DNA from: Gnetum montanum
Taxonomy: Eukaryota; Plantae; Gnetophyta
Assembly: GCA_015680685.1 (NCBI GenBank)
Contig: MNCI01002773.1
Coordinates: 266,010-330,009 of the forward strand
DNA length: 64,000 bases
Direction of reading: 5' to 3'
The notes under the pieces: generated by a model
What the model was told of the DNA's origin: nothing
The model's database searches: none
The model's input: only the letters and a program-made list of their open reading frames with translations
Made by a program: the position numbers and the translations under genes
Shown here: one piece after another, positions 1-12,276 of the stretch
How the letters are laid out: every line of letters starts with the position of its first letter
Position numbering within the stretch: the stretch's first letter is position 1

Positions 1-1455
1 TCACCTTCTTCTTTTGCTACTTGTTCCAATAAGCTATGTACTTCATGGGCTCTAAGTTGTGAGAGTCTCCCTTGGGCATAAGTTGCAAGGGTTCTTCTAG
101 TTTCATGCCTTAGCCCATCCACGATGTGGTGAAGTTGATCCCATTGAGCATACCCATGGCCCAGGCAACGAGGTAACAATGTGTAGTAGCGGGCCATGGT
201 AGCATCCAAGGGTTCATGTGTACCTTACTTCCAGCCTTGGATCTGCTTATGCAAATTGGACACTCTGGAGTACATTTGATACTTTTTGTTGAAGAGTTCT
301 AGCATCGTATCCCACCTCCTGATGGTTTCTGGTTCTAAGGACTGGTACTAGCTCTCTACTTCTTTGGTGAGTATCCTTGGGAACAACTTAAGTTTTTGCC
401 ACTCATTTTCTATATTCTGCAAGGCATAGGCATTGTGGAATGCTCGTAAATAATTTTGCAGATCAGCATTATATCCCCCTTCAAATCGTGGGATGTTGTT
501 CATGTCTAATCATTTGATTTGACTATCCTTTGAATGCCTTGTGGGAATCCTAACTACCTCCGTTATGTCAAGCATACTTCAGCTTATGAGTAGGGGCTCG
601 TCATGATCATCTCTTTCATGATGCCTGTGATGTCTGTGTTGTTCCCTACTCTCCCTACGTCCTTGCCCTTATCCTCTTTCTCGACTTTCCCATCGAGGTC
701 TTTTGTCCTTCTTACTTTTATCCTCACCTTTATGTTCATGGTGGTTGCGCCCAAATGTGGAAGGAGAGGATGAGTGATGTGAAGAAGGGGAAGAAGAAGG
801 GGAACCATCACCATGACGATGTTTCTTGCCTTCTCTTTGGCTGCTACGGCTCCGATCATGGTGACGATATAAGTGCCCATCCTTAGCATAAGTGGTTGTT
901 CCCTCTGTGAACAGTTGGTGCTCATGGACATCAGAACCAAGGATATGTATCATTGATCGTAGGTTTTGATACCCAACCTCCTCATCATCGTTAGGAGGGG
1001 GAACATCTTTTGCTAAAGAACCCATGATAAGGGGTTCCTCATCTCCTATTTTGCTAAGGACGTGCGGGACCTTGTCCTTCAACAGTGCATGTTGACTCTC
1101 CTGCCTTAAGTCTCTCATATGTTGGGCATCTATGGGATAATAATCCCTTATGTCAAAATCTTTCGCAACGTATTCAGCATATAGCTCAGTCATGCCTATT
1201 TGTGCCAAGGCATGGAAAAACATCCAAGGGGCTGATCGATCTGGGGGTAACATGATGTTACCTTGCAAATCTCTCCATCGCAGCTATTTGTCTTGATGGA
1301 GGATAAAAGTGAAGTCTGGAATATACTCATCAGGATGAGTATAAACTATCTTATATTGTTTAGGACTTGGTTGATTTGGGTTATGTTTTTTATCTTGCCG
1401 ACTGTCTCGTGTATGGTCCTTAGGTGGTGAGTTGCTCATATGAAAAGAAGGCATT
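1..1455 (-). pseudogene. gag: Athila-like Ty3/gypsy gag ORF, decayed; continues left beyond the window
   Basis: ORF 669..1268 continues in the same minus frame through TAA/TGA stops into a retrotransposon gag core (KLKLFPRILTKE...WDTMLELFNKKY...RYYTLLPRCLGHGYAQWDQLHHIVDGL). It lies just downstream of the PBS. Confidence 0.8.
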
Positions 1456-1578
1456 GTTATTGGTGTGCTAATTTACCGTTATATAAATTTTTTCTCTTTT
1501 GATTAACCCGAAGGTTCGTTAAGGCTCACAATGATGTGAGTGATATCCCTTATGTTCTATATGGCGTACAACACTTAG

Positions 1579-1596
1579 TCCTCGGCAACGGTGCCA
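1579..1596 (-). promoter_or_regulatory. Primer binding site, tRNA-Asp type (Athila-like)
   Basis: Minus strand reads TGGCACCGTTGCCGAGGA, 1 nt from the LTR end. It matches the Athila consensus TGGCGCCGTTGCCGGGGA with two transitions. Confidence 0.85.
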
Positions 1597-1597
1597 A

Positions 1598-2652
1598 TGA
1601 TGAGTGGTGAGGTACCCCTACACTCAACCATACGAAACGAGCGTAGCACACGCGATCCGGTCGAACTCCGCAGACTAAATGCCTAAATGCCCCATGGAAC
1701 ACTTGGGGTTAATCATTTGTTGTCTTCCCAGACTTGTTGTTGTCACGATGTATCGTTAAGTAAGTCCGAGGTATATGATTTTTATGGTCTTTTATGGTTT
1801 TATGTCTTCTATACTAAGAGCGAAGGGTTGAGAAACTAACTAACTCTAACTAAGGGTCTAAGTGTAAGTTAACTAGTGTCAGCATCCGTTCCCACTTACC
1901 ATACACACCCTAAACTATGCAATTGTGGCTACCAAATGCTAATTGTTACTGGGATCACCACACATAATGCACATGCTCGAAGTGGTTGTACTGAGGTACT
2001 TAACTAGAAGGAAAGGGTTGAGAGAGTCTAACTAGCCTATGTGCGATGAGTAGCCGATTCCTTGACTAACCGTACAAATCTGCCATGCACAAATACCACT
2101 GGGATTACCAAATGTAGATCCTAGATACACCACTGGGTTACCAAGTAGTCACACGAGATGCTCGTAATCAAGTCGTACTCATACCGCATGCGATGAGTAG
2201 CCGATTCCTTGACTAACCGTACACATCCTTAGATGCTCGTAATCAAGTCATACTCATACTGCATTCTAGGAAAGTAATAAATAGTAATTAAATAAAATCC
2301 TATTCCATGCACTGCAAGGTTTATCCACAAAGCTCGTCCTTATTTCTGTACACAACTTGCATTCAGGTACAAAGCTGCTTAAATAAAGATCCGTTCACTT
2401 GGGGACTCCTACTGCGGGCACATGGAAAATATTCTATCTCTAGAGTGATCAAACTGCTAGAGTTTCCCTACTTCTAGACCAAGATGAGAAATGAGGGGAG
2501 TGCCACCTCTTATTTATAGATTTGATGGTGGACCGTAATATCGCAGGGGACAACGTGATATCATGTACGCGATATCACATGGGATGCGATATCGTGACGG
2601 CCGCGATATTGCATACGCGATATCGGGGTGCATGCGATATTGCATCTCATCA
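1598..2652 (-). mobile_element. 5' LTR of the Athila-like element (about 1055 bp)
   Basis: 7-bp inverted termini TGATGAG...CTCATCA, PBS adjacent on the left, and LINE RT coding sequence starting immediately on the right. Internal duplications at 2043-2076/2190-2223 and 2157-2183/2232-2259. Confidence 0.85.
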
Positions 2653-5600
2653 GCAACTGATTCCCTATCACTCTTTTCAATGTTATCTACAAAATTATTG
2701 CTAAAGCTATAGCTAATAAATTAAAACCTTTTCTTCTTCATCTCATCAGCAAAGAGCAAACTAGTTTTGTTCAAGGTAGATATATCTTAGACAATGTTGT
2801 TACTACTATTAAGGGCTTGCATTTGACTTCTTCCACTAATCAAAAATCCATTCTTCTTAAGCTTGAATTTGTGAAAGCATATGACATGCTTGATTGGTCC
2901 TTTTTAAGATGTATAGTTAAGCATCATAACTTAGGTACTATTTTTGATAGACATATTGATCTTGTTTTTATTAGAGGCCTCTTCAATTATTTGTATTCAT
3001 GGAACCTTCTCTAAAGTTCTTAAGCTTTAAAAATCATTTTGATAGGGAAGCCCTTTAGCTCCTTATCTTTTACCCTTGCTACTGATGCTCTTGGAGCTAT
3101 TCTTAGAGCTCACAATGATTCTATGAGGTTAAGAGGTATCTCTCTTCCACAAAAGGGAAAGGATTTCATTTATAGCTCGTTTGCAAATGACACATTTCTC
3201 CCTTTTCTTGAGGACCATAATAATTTTAACACTTCCTTGGATTACATTGACATCTCTTGTAGAGGCTTAGGAGCCAAAATTAACTGGAACCAAAACACAA
3301 GCTATTTAGTCTAGCTTCTCTTCAAGGCCTACTTGGACTTATCATTGTAATATCAAGTGGTTTTCTCCCAGAGATGTTTTCACCCTTTTGGGTATCCCAA
3401 TAGTTTTATTCTCTACTTCCACTACCCTATGGAATAATGTGGTGAAAAAAGTGAAACATAAGGCTTTGAAATAAGCTTCCAAACCCTTATCTCTTGTAGG
3501 TAGATTTATTGTAGCTAACCATATTCTGAGCTCCACTCACATGTACTACTCTTCCTTCATGGCTCCTTTTAAATCTTCCTTTTAGAGCATCAAAAAAATT
3601 CTTAGGAAGTTTTTATGTAGGAATAAGCAAAATTGCAAAGCTTTTCATCAAGTTACTTGGGATATTTGCATTTTGAGAGAGGAACATGGGAGCTTGGGCC
3701 TCCCATCTATTGAGTACCAAAGTATTCTCTTGGCCTCTAAGTGGGCCACTCATTGTATAGAAGGTAATGAAGCTTGGAAGATCCTATTTAGGAATAATAT
3801 TTCTTATCATGGTAATCACCATAGATGGAAGAACACTCTTTGGAGAAATTGGATCATTTTCAGAGGTCCTTAGAAGATTATAGGTTCATTCCTGTTCAAG
3901 CAAATTTAAGAGTGTTGGAGTCAACTTAAAGGTTTTTTGCAATGGAAACCTACCTAGTTAAGCTTGAACTCTTTGTCAATGCACTCCATCTAGTGGTCAC
4001 CTATTTTCAAAAGGAATATGGGTTGTATTTATGAAGAATTTTTTCATAGAGCTAATCATTCTGCTAATCACAATCTCCACCACGTTGCTCAATTATTTTC
4101 TATTAGGAATGATTCTACTACCCTGTGTTCGAAACATGCTAAAGTTAAATGTGGGTTTCAAAGATAGGATACTCCTATTTAAAAACATGTTAAGCATGTT
4201 CTTTCCAACTTTGGTGTTCCTAAGTTGCACAATACTACTCCTTGGTATGATGACTGGTTTTGGCTTGATGGTTCTCCTCTGCATTCCCTGCACCTTTCTA
4301 AGCCAAATCTTGGTTTCATGCATAAGAATTCCAACTTTCCACTTTAAATAGAAGATGGAGTGTGCAACTTGAGGATCATCATTGGAAATTTATTTTTCAT
4401 CATGTTTGGACTTCCAAGGTCCAACCTGTACCGTCCGAAATCGTCGGTCTCCGGCTGGAAGGAAATAGAAATCAGGGGATCACCGGACATGCACAGAAGA
4501 CCCTACCTTCACCTATGGGCAAGCTAGAATTTAACGAAGGCAGAGTACCTTGAATGGTCCACATGCGGATCAGGCAAGGATTTCCCCAAACGTACACCAA
4601 AGTGCTATACGTTGGGTTATACGTAAATGGCGTAATAGGCGTAAAACAGAGCGTAGACAGCGTAACTGATGCGAACGGAGCGTAAACGTAAAAGAGCGTA
4701 ACCCGTATACTTGCAACAATTAATGCAAGCTGCAACAGATTTTAGGAAGAAAATGTAACAATGGTATTTCAAAATGAGTGTTACAATGCACCGGTCTAAC
4801 GCAGTTGTGGCTTGGACACAAGGTGGATGAATAGCCCCAGTGGATGCAGGGATGACTATTGGCTAGTTCAAACTGTAGGCACAGTGCAGAGGCTATATGC
4901 TTAGCGTACAGGGTTGTCTAGCGTACAAGGTTCTCTGCTCTGGTTCTTAGCATCTCTCTGTTTTTCTCTGGTTTGTTTCAAATTGCCCCTCTCGATCTAG
5001 TGAAAAATTGGGGTTTTAATATAGGTTTAGGGTAACACGTGGCACATTGATCGGGTGCAAAAGAATAAAATTTACAGGTATACAACATATTATATCTGTT
5101 GGGCTAGTGTATACGCTGGGCATGGAGGGCGTATACGCTGGATGTTCTGGGCATATACGCTGATGGTTGCTTTGTTCATGAGTTGATGCCTTGTACTAAG
5201 TCTTGCTCTGCAGTGCTATTTCCAGGCCGTCTTCGGGGGTTGCTTGCTGGGCGTATGCATCAGTCGTACCTGCTGAGCGTACATGTGAGGCATGTACGCT
5301 GGGAGTATATGCTGGGCATATACGCTGTGAATGCAACCTGGGGCGTATACGCTAGGCGTATATGCTAAGAACATCGGGCGTATACGCTGAAAACACATAC
5401 TTAGTGTAAACTAATTATTTCAAGCTCCGAAGTTGCCAGATTTGATAGTAGATGCTGTGGTCATCTGTGGGTCCCTGGGACCTGCTTCTCATTGAGTTCG
5501 ACTTTGCTTGAAGCTGTTGACGGGGCCTCAAGCTTTAGCCATGCAGAGGAATGTCATGACTTAGCTCGGTTCTTGTTGGAGAAGTACTAAGCTCGAAATT

Positions 5601-6030
5601 TTGTGGTGTTTCACAACCTAAGCATCATTTCTTTTTCTGGTCCTTGATTCATCAAGGTCTTCCCATTGGGCATAGGCTTCACTTCTTATGAGTTGATTGT
5701 CCTAAATGCACCATTTGTCAAGTCGATGACTCTTTTGTGCATGGTTTTTGGGAATGCTCATTCTTAGGACAAATTTGGAAGTGGTATCAATCTCTCTAGG
5801 TTTTTATTTCTAACCAGTTTGTTGGTTTCCCGCTATGTATCTTCAATGATGACTATGTTAAGCAACACCTTCAAAAGGCTTGGAAAATTCTCCTATTTAA
5901 GATTGTTTTCTTTATTTGGAAATGTCATTTAGATGCCTGGTATCAAAACACCAACCACACTAAATTTGACTACAGTAGAAGTGCTCTTTTGCTAGCAATG
6001 TTCAACTTCAATGTTAAGAACTAGGGTTTG
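2653..6030 (+). mobile_element. Degenerate L1-clade LINE ORF2 (RT plus zf-RVT), interrupted by a solo LTR
   Basis: Translates as N*FPITLFNVIYKIIAKAIANKLKPFL...EQTSFVQGRYILDNV...LLKLEFVKAYDMLDWSFL...SFANDT (YADD-like)...GAKINWNQ...GSLGLP. The zf-RVT segment WTSKVQP|KHHFFFWSLIHQGLPIG...CTICQVDDSFVHGFWEC joins across the solo LTR. 3' end approximate. Confidence 0.9.
4427..5613. mobile_element. Solo LTR (1187 bp), Tat-like terminus, 5-bp TSD CAACC
   Basis: TG...CA ends flanked by CAACC at 4422-4426 and 5614-5618; the LINE reading frame resumes across it. The right end TTTTGTGGTGTTTCA matches the LTR ends of elements 1 and 2. Confidence 0.9.
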
Positions 6031-7393
6031 ATAATAATATTACTTTCTCTTAAGGTATGTCCCTTTTGAGTTGCCTATTTTATTTTTTAGCTTTCATCTT
6101 AGGGTGTGTGATAAGCCTTTGTCTTGTTGCAATGGTAGGGGGGTCACCTCACAACTTTGGACTTTGTTAAGGCTTTGATTTTTAAGGTTTTTACCTCCGA
6201 TTTATGGCTTACCTTAACAANATAGGGAAGAAGAATCATGGTTGTTGCTTTATTGAATTTTTACTTGGTGCTATATTTGGCCTCTGCAACTAAGGCATCT
6301 GTTGTAGAGATCTACCCATTGAAGAATGATAAGCTCTATGTGAATATTACAAAATGGGGAGCTAGACTTATTTTAATCTATGTTCTTGATGCTAAGGGTA
6401 TGGATCATCTAGTCAAATTAAGGTTTTTATTTATTGAAACTATTGTCTTGCACGTTTTTAAATCTATTGGATTGGTGTGAATCAAATTAATATATATAGC
6501 ATAATGTCTATATCTTTTTCTTTCAACAAATTTACTTATTTTTATCTTGATCCAATTTCTAAAAAATTGTTTACAATTTTTTGATCCAATCTAATTTGAT
6601 TTTTCAATCTATGCTATACAACTCATTTGATGCATCCTGTCATTGAGTAGGATTCCCTAGATGTAGTGACCCTATACTAACCTTGATATATTTGTATTAT
6701 CATATATATTTGTAGATGCTAGCAATATGTTTGTTTGTTTGTTTTTATTTCTTTATTTCCTTCCTTTTTTTTTCTTTTAAATCTTAAAGAAAAAAATTCA
6801 AACTCATTGATTTTGTGTTGATTTGAAATCTCCGGTAATGTGCTACTAGTGTGTTGTTTTTTCAAAGTTTATTGCCTTAATATTTCAATCTTGAAATTGT
6901 CAAATTTTTTCTACTAGCTCTATTGTTTGCAATTCTTGACAACTATTAACTAGCAAAATAAAAGCTTGTACTTTGTTGTTTACAAAGTGTTTTGGTAGTT
7001 CAATAAGATTGTCATTTATGAAATTGCTTGTTGAGCTTGGAGGGTTTGAACAATTTGTAATACTTAGATTGAACTGAAATAACTTTATTATGAAGGGTTT
7101 CATCATGTTTAATTTATCTCACCTAAATTTTTGAGATTTCACACAAATCTACTTCCTTTTCTTCTTTCTTTTAAAATCCATTGAATCTTGCTCAATTTCT
7201 AGTTTTCTTATGGAACTTTCTCTTTAGGAGAAAATTAGGAGTAGATTTTGGTAGAATTGAGCTCAAGCATTTTTGTGAAATTTTATTTGGTTCAAGTAAT
7301 GTACTATATGGACTATATAGACTAAGTGACTTAACAAAATATGAATCTTTAATGACTCACAGTATTTAACAAGGTTAGCTAAATTTCTTTTAT

Positions 7394-7721
7394 NNNNNNN
7401 NNNNNNNNNNNNNNNNNNNNNNNNNNNNNNNNNNNNNNNNNNNNNNNNNNNNNNNNNNNNNNNNNNNNNNNNNNNNNNNNNNNNNNNNNNNNNNNNNNNN
7501 NNNNNNNNNNNNNNNNNNNNNNNNNNNNNNNNNNNNNNNNNNNNNNNNNNNNNNNNNNNNNNNNNNNNNNNNNNNNNNNNNNNNNNNNNNNNNNNNNNNN
7601 NNNNNNNNNNNNNNNNNNNNNNNNNNNNNNNNNNNNNNNNNNNNNNNNNNNNNNNNNNNNNNNNNNNNNNNNNNNNNNNNNNNNNNNNNNNNNNNNNNNN
7701 NNNNNNNNNNNNNNNNNNNNN
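7394..7721. other. Assembly gap (328 N)
   Basis: Run of N. Confidence 1.
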
Positions 7722-8181
7722 ATTTTACAAATATTTTCCTGAGCCTTTTATTCTTGGAAAAGCTTATTTGCTTGAAGAGTACATTCACCTATTTGAGTTA
7801 GCTTTAGCTTATGTAAATATTCACCACCAAGATCAAGCTTATAGCTTGTTTATAACAAATTTAAAGGATATGGCTTAAATTTGGTATTCAAATTTGCCAA
7901 GCAATAGTATCACAAGTTAGGATGATATGAAAAATCTATTCTTGGCTTAGTTTGGTAATCAATTGGACCAATTTCAACTATACTATGGGCTAGTACAAGC
8001 TAAGTAAGGAGTCAAGGAGACAATTTGAGTAATAATGCTGTAAATGATAAAATGGGGGTTGAAGAAGTGGGAGCATTTATAAACTCATTTGGCCCATTTT
8101 TCTATTTGACCAAGATCCATTTTCTCCATTTCATAAACTTGTTACTCAAAAAGGGATAAAACTCATGTGGCCTATCTCACT

Positions 8182-10473
8182 TGTTATGTCTGAAAACATC
8201 GGTGGCTGGAACATCGAGAGGTTATCAGGCATATAGCCTAACCCCAGATCCATGAGAGGGTTGTGCTAGAGAAAACAGAAATGGGGTGCGTTGAACAGTA
8301 TAGTTGATCAAACAAGGACTTACATGGTGTACAATAACATTTTGTGAACAATGGTTTTAAAATGTGATGCATGGAGATCGAAACGAAGGAAAATGTAGCA
8401 TACAGAATAATAAAAGCACATCAGAGTATGTAATTGAGCAATAAGTGTGAATCGATACACAATGATGCAAAATATATGCTATAATGAAATGAAAGGAGAA
8501 CTTGGGTGAAAGAATGCACCACCCCAAAATCAGGGGATTCAGCTTTTGTTTAGCTGATGAAGGTGTACAACTAATGTGCAGTGTTGGACAGGCACAACTA
8601 ACAATGGAATGATATGGCCATAGCTCTCGGACTACTGCCAATGGCATGTTAATAGGAATTGTTGAGCCAATCCTTGCTGAATTAAGAACTGCTACGCTGG
8701 GTTGAAGAGATATCTGGGCAGTCGTACTATTAGGGTTTGCTATTCATCAACCTTCTGCTTGCCAACCTCCTTGCCAAAGCCAATTGCTAGAAAGCCAATT
8801 GCCAAGATGCCAATCTCTAAAAGCCAATCACAAGAAAGCCAAATTCAAAAGCCAACCCCTTGAATGCTATTTGTTGGGGTATTTATAGGGCCAAGAGCGA
8901 GAGAGAGATGTGGTTTGGATGCCACATGTCCTGGGTCCCACATGGCACAAATCGTGGATGTGCTACACTAACATGTGGTGCTACGCTAATGTGCTATGTT
9001 GTGGTGCTACACTGATGTGCTATGCTGTAGTGCTACACTGAGTGGGATGAGGATAGAAATAAAACTTGCTGAGCTGTGACCATATCATTCAGACTGTATG
9101 TGCCATAATCTAGGGAACTACCAAGTTTTTACAAAAAATGCTCACAAAAAATGCAAAGTGGAGACTATGCTCCAAGACTATGTCTTCCCCTCTCTTACAA
9201 GTAGGGTCAAGCAAAGAGACAATTCTTTGGATCGACAAGGGATGCAAAAACAAAGAAAACTACTTATCTTGTCTGTCAAGGAGATGTTGGAGTACAGATG
9301 ACCATCGCCAACCGAGTTCTAGAACTTCTGGCAATGTCTTGAGGCTTCTCCGTGAGTGTTACACTATCTATGCTGCCCAGTGTAGCAGCGTAGCATGAAC
9401 ACTTTCCTTGCTATGCTATGTTATGTTGGTAGTGTAGTGCAGCATAGCACTCCTCCTTTGCATGAATTTTGTCTAGATAACTGAGAATATCATTCTAACA
9501 TCTAGTTAGGCAAGCAACTTCAGCAATTGGAAACCTTGCTTTTCATGTTGAAAGGTCCTAGGACTTGCTGATTTCATCCTTAGGACACTTTTGGGCTTTG
9601 AGTCCTTACTATGTTGTGCTACACTATGTAGCATACCATAGCGTAGCAGTCAGTTTGGCATGAATTTGAGTCAAAACTTGTAATGATGTGGTAGGAGACT
9701 TTGATTGAGACTTGAAGGCAAAGTGGGACAAGCAATTTTGGAGGTCAAAGCATGGCCAAGTGTAATTCTTTTGCTAGAATGGCTTCTTGGAAGATTTTCT
9801 TGCATTATCACCCTGCTACACTGTGTAGCATAGCACAACGTAGCATCTAGTTTTGCCTGAATTTTGCATTACTCTGCAAGTGTTCTATTGTGGGATCTTG
9901 GCCATGTCTAGAGGTCAACGTAGAACAAGCATTTTTTCATGGTTAAGGCATGGGCCATTATGTTTACTTCATCAAAATAATCTGAGTAGAGATATTATGA
10001 CATTAGAATCCTACTATGCTATGTAGCATAGCACAACGTAGTACTTAAATGGAGATGATTTTTGATGAAATCTGCCACATTCTCCTACATCATGTTGATC
10101 ATGCTTCAAGGATGAAGTGGGGTGGGTATCCTGGAGGATTGAATCCTTGCCAACTGCATCTTTGGTACTTGATCAGTCTCCACACGGCCTGCTACGTTGT
10201 GTAGCGTAGCAAGTTTTGTAGTTAGAAAACTTGCTAAACTATTTAGTCCATCCTAAAAACCTTTGAAAACTCCTAGCATGGTCCCTTCAATGCTCCATTT
10301 GTGTGAATTGGCTCTGCAACTGGGTGCTACGCTGACTGTGGTGAAGAGCGTAGTAGGCATACTTGAACATAATCTTGTAGGCACTAGGACTTCCAAGGTG
10401 TTGAACCATTTGTGCGGTTCATCATGGCATTACACCTAGAGAATCATGATGGCCCAAAATTGATGGTGTTTCA
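8182..10473 (-). repeat. 3' LTR of element 1 (2292 bp)
   Basis: Colinear with 25744-27996; followed by the PPT (minus strand CAAAGAGGGGCTAG, 10474-10487). Confidence 0.95.
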
Positions 10474-11919
10474 CTAGCCCCTCTTTGTTGACGTCTGGAG
10501 GATTTTCTAGAGAGACATCGACAAAGAATATGAAACACCATGAAGAACAAGACGCCAACATCATTCTTTAGTGCCTACTTAGATGATGCTTCACTATGTT
10601 TGAGAGTGCTTGGAGAGCAATGTAAGATAGGGGGCAAGGGACGAATTTGAGGAAATAGGGTTAGGGAAGAAATGAATGTAGAATGCGACACTGTGAATAC
10701 TGTTGCCATAGTGCAATCCCTTGTCAGAATGCTTATAAGGAAGTTAGCACACATGGTGTCTTCTCTTTAGATCTCGGCCTCTCACCAGAGTGCTTAGAGA
10801 TGGTTGATCTATAGTTGAAATGATTGCAAAGTAGCTATCATGCCATTTTTTGGGCACTCTTTCTTTGAGCTTTTGTGTTTTGTGCTTTATGTGCTTTTTG
10901 TTGCACACCCATGTTCATTTGAAGGCAATCTTGTCATCAATGTAGGATAGGTGTTTCCTCCCTGAGATAAGCTATGTTACATCCATGTGGGGCTTTGACC
11001 TACCTATAGAGGCTTCCCATGGGACGAGTTGTGTTATGTCTGTCATGGGCCTAGTGGTTGAGCATGGGAAACGGTTTCATGTGTATTGGAGAAGCTTGTG
11101 AAGAAGATGTCAAAAATTATAAGGATAGGGAATGGAGGTTAGGTTGGTTGAAGGGATAATAGGGTATGCACTCTCAAGTAGCTAGACTAGTTGAAGTGGG
11201 TACTTTGAAATGATGTAGTGTCTTGCTCTTGTGGTGGAACACATTTTTGAACGATGCCATCTTGGCTTTTATCCTACAAACACAATAGAGAGAAAACCAA
11301 AAAAAATAACCATCGTGTGAAGTAGGGGCAAAGTCTTGCTTACCCAGGACACTGCTAAGGTGGCAAGTGTTATGTATGACATGTGCAATGTCCAAAGCAG
11401 GAAGGCTAGTACAGGCTTTAGTAGTGGTAGGTTGGAAAGTTTCAACGACCCCATCAAAAATGAGCACTGAAGAGGCTAGGAGTAATAATGATGGAAGCGC
11501 TCAGGAATCCTTGCCAAAGGCAAGCATCATGAAATCCAGCTACAGAGTAAGAAGCTTATCAGCTAAATGCCTTCTTGGATTTTGATGATGGTGAGGGCTG
11601 GAGGATGGCAGCATTGTGGCTAGGCCACAATAGTGCTAAGACTCCAACAGTAGGTGCTGACAGCGAGAACTATGACCAAGATGATTGGAAGTGGTAGCGG
11701 TAGCTTCGAAAGGTCAGCAAGATGTCAAACGACATCTCTAGAAGATCAGCAAGATGCTAGGGATGACGATGTTGCATGTCTCTCAAAGGGTTTTTTCTTG
11801 ATGACGTGAACTTCATTATGGAATTGCAACATCCCACCCCATCTGCCTAGGAAGCCCAAAGATATGCACGCTCACTTGTTCACAAGTTCACATGTATTAA
11901 TCGGGAGGTGTTACACTGC

Positions 11920-12240
11920 AAACCCAGTTTTAGGTCCTTGCAGACTACTGAATGTGCTAGTTTAAGGTCCCAGCAGATCATGATGTGCTAGTTTAAGATC
12001 TTGGTAGACCGATGTGCTAGTTTAAGGTCCTAGCAGACTGCTGTGCTAGTTTAATGTCGTAGCAGATGGGGGATGGCCAATTTAATGTCATAGTGGACCA
12101 TGATGTGTGTGCTAGTTTTACATCATGGCCCAAGGATAATTTGTGGATGCTAGTTTTATTTCATGGCCCAAAGACATGATATGCCAATTTAACATCATAG
12201 TGGATGTTTTGTGCCAATTTTATGTTGTAGTGGATGATTT
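11920..12240. repeat. About 10 tandem copies (about 30 bp) of the TGCYAGTTTAAGGTC-N6-GACC motif downstream of integrase
   Basis: For example ctagtttaaggtcccagcagatc, ctagtttaaggtcctagcagact and caatttaatgtcatagtggacc. Confidence 0.85.
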
Positions 12241-12276
12241 GCTTAGCATGCTTCATGTTCGGTGCAATCTTGCATA

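Noticed and set aside
7390-7788. 132-aa ORF from the ORF track
   Set aside because: Mostly the N gap.
11920-12240. CRISPR-like or hammerhead-ribozyme-like appearance of the 30-bp repeats
   Set aside because: Eukaryotic retroelement context, no cas genes and no unique spacers of constant length. The minus strand has stem plus TAAAC but lacks the CUGANGA hammerhead core.
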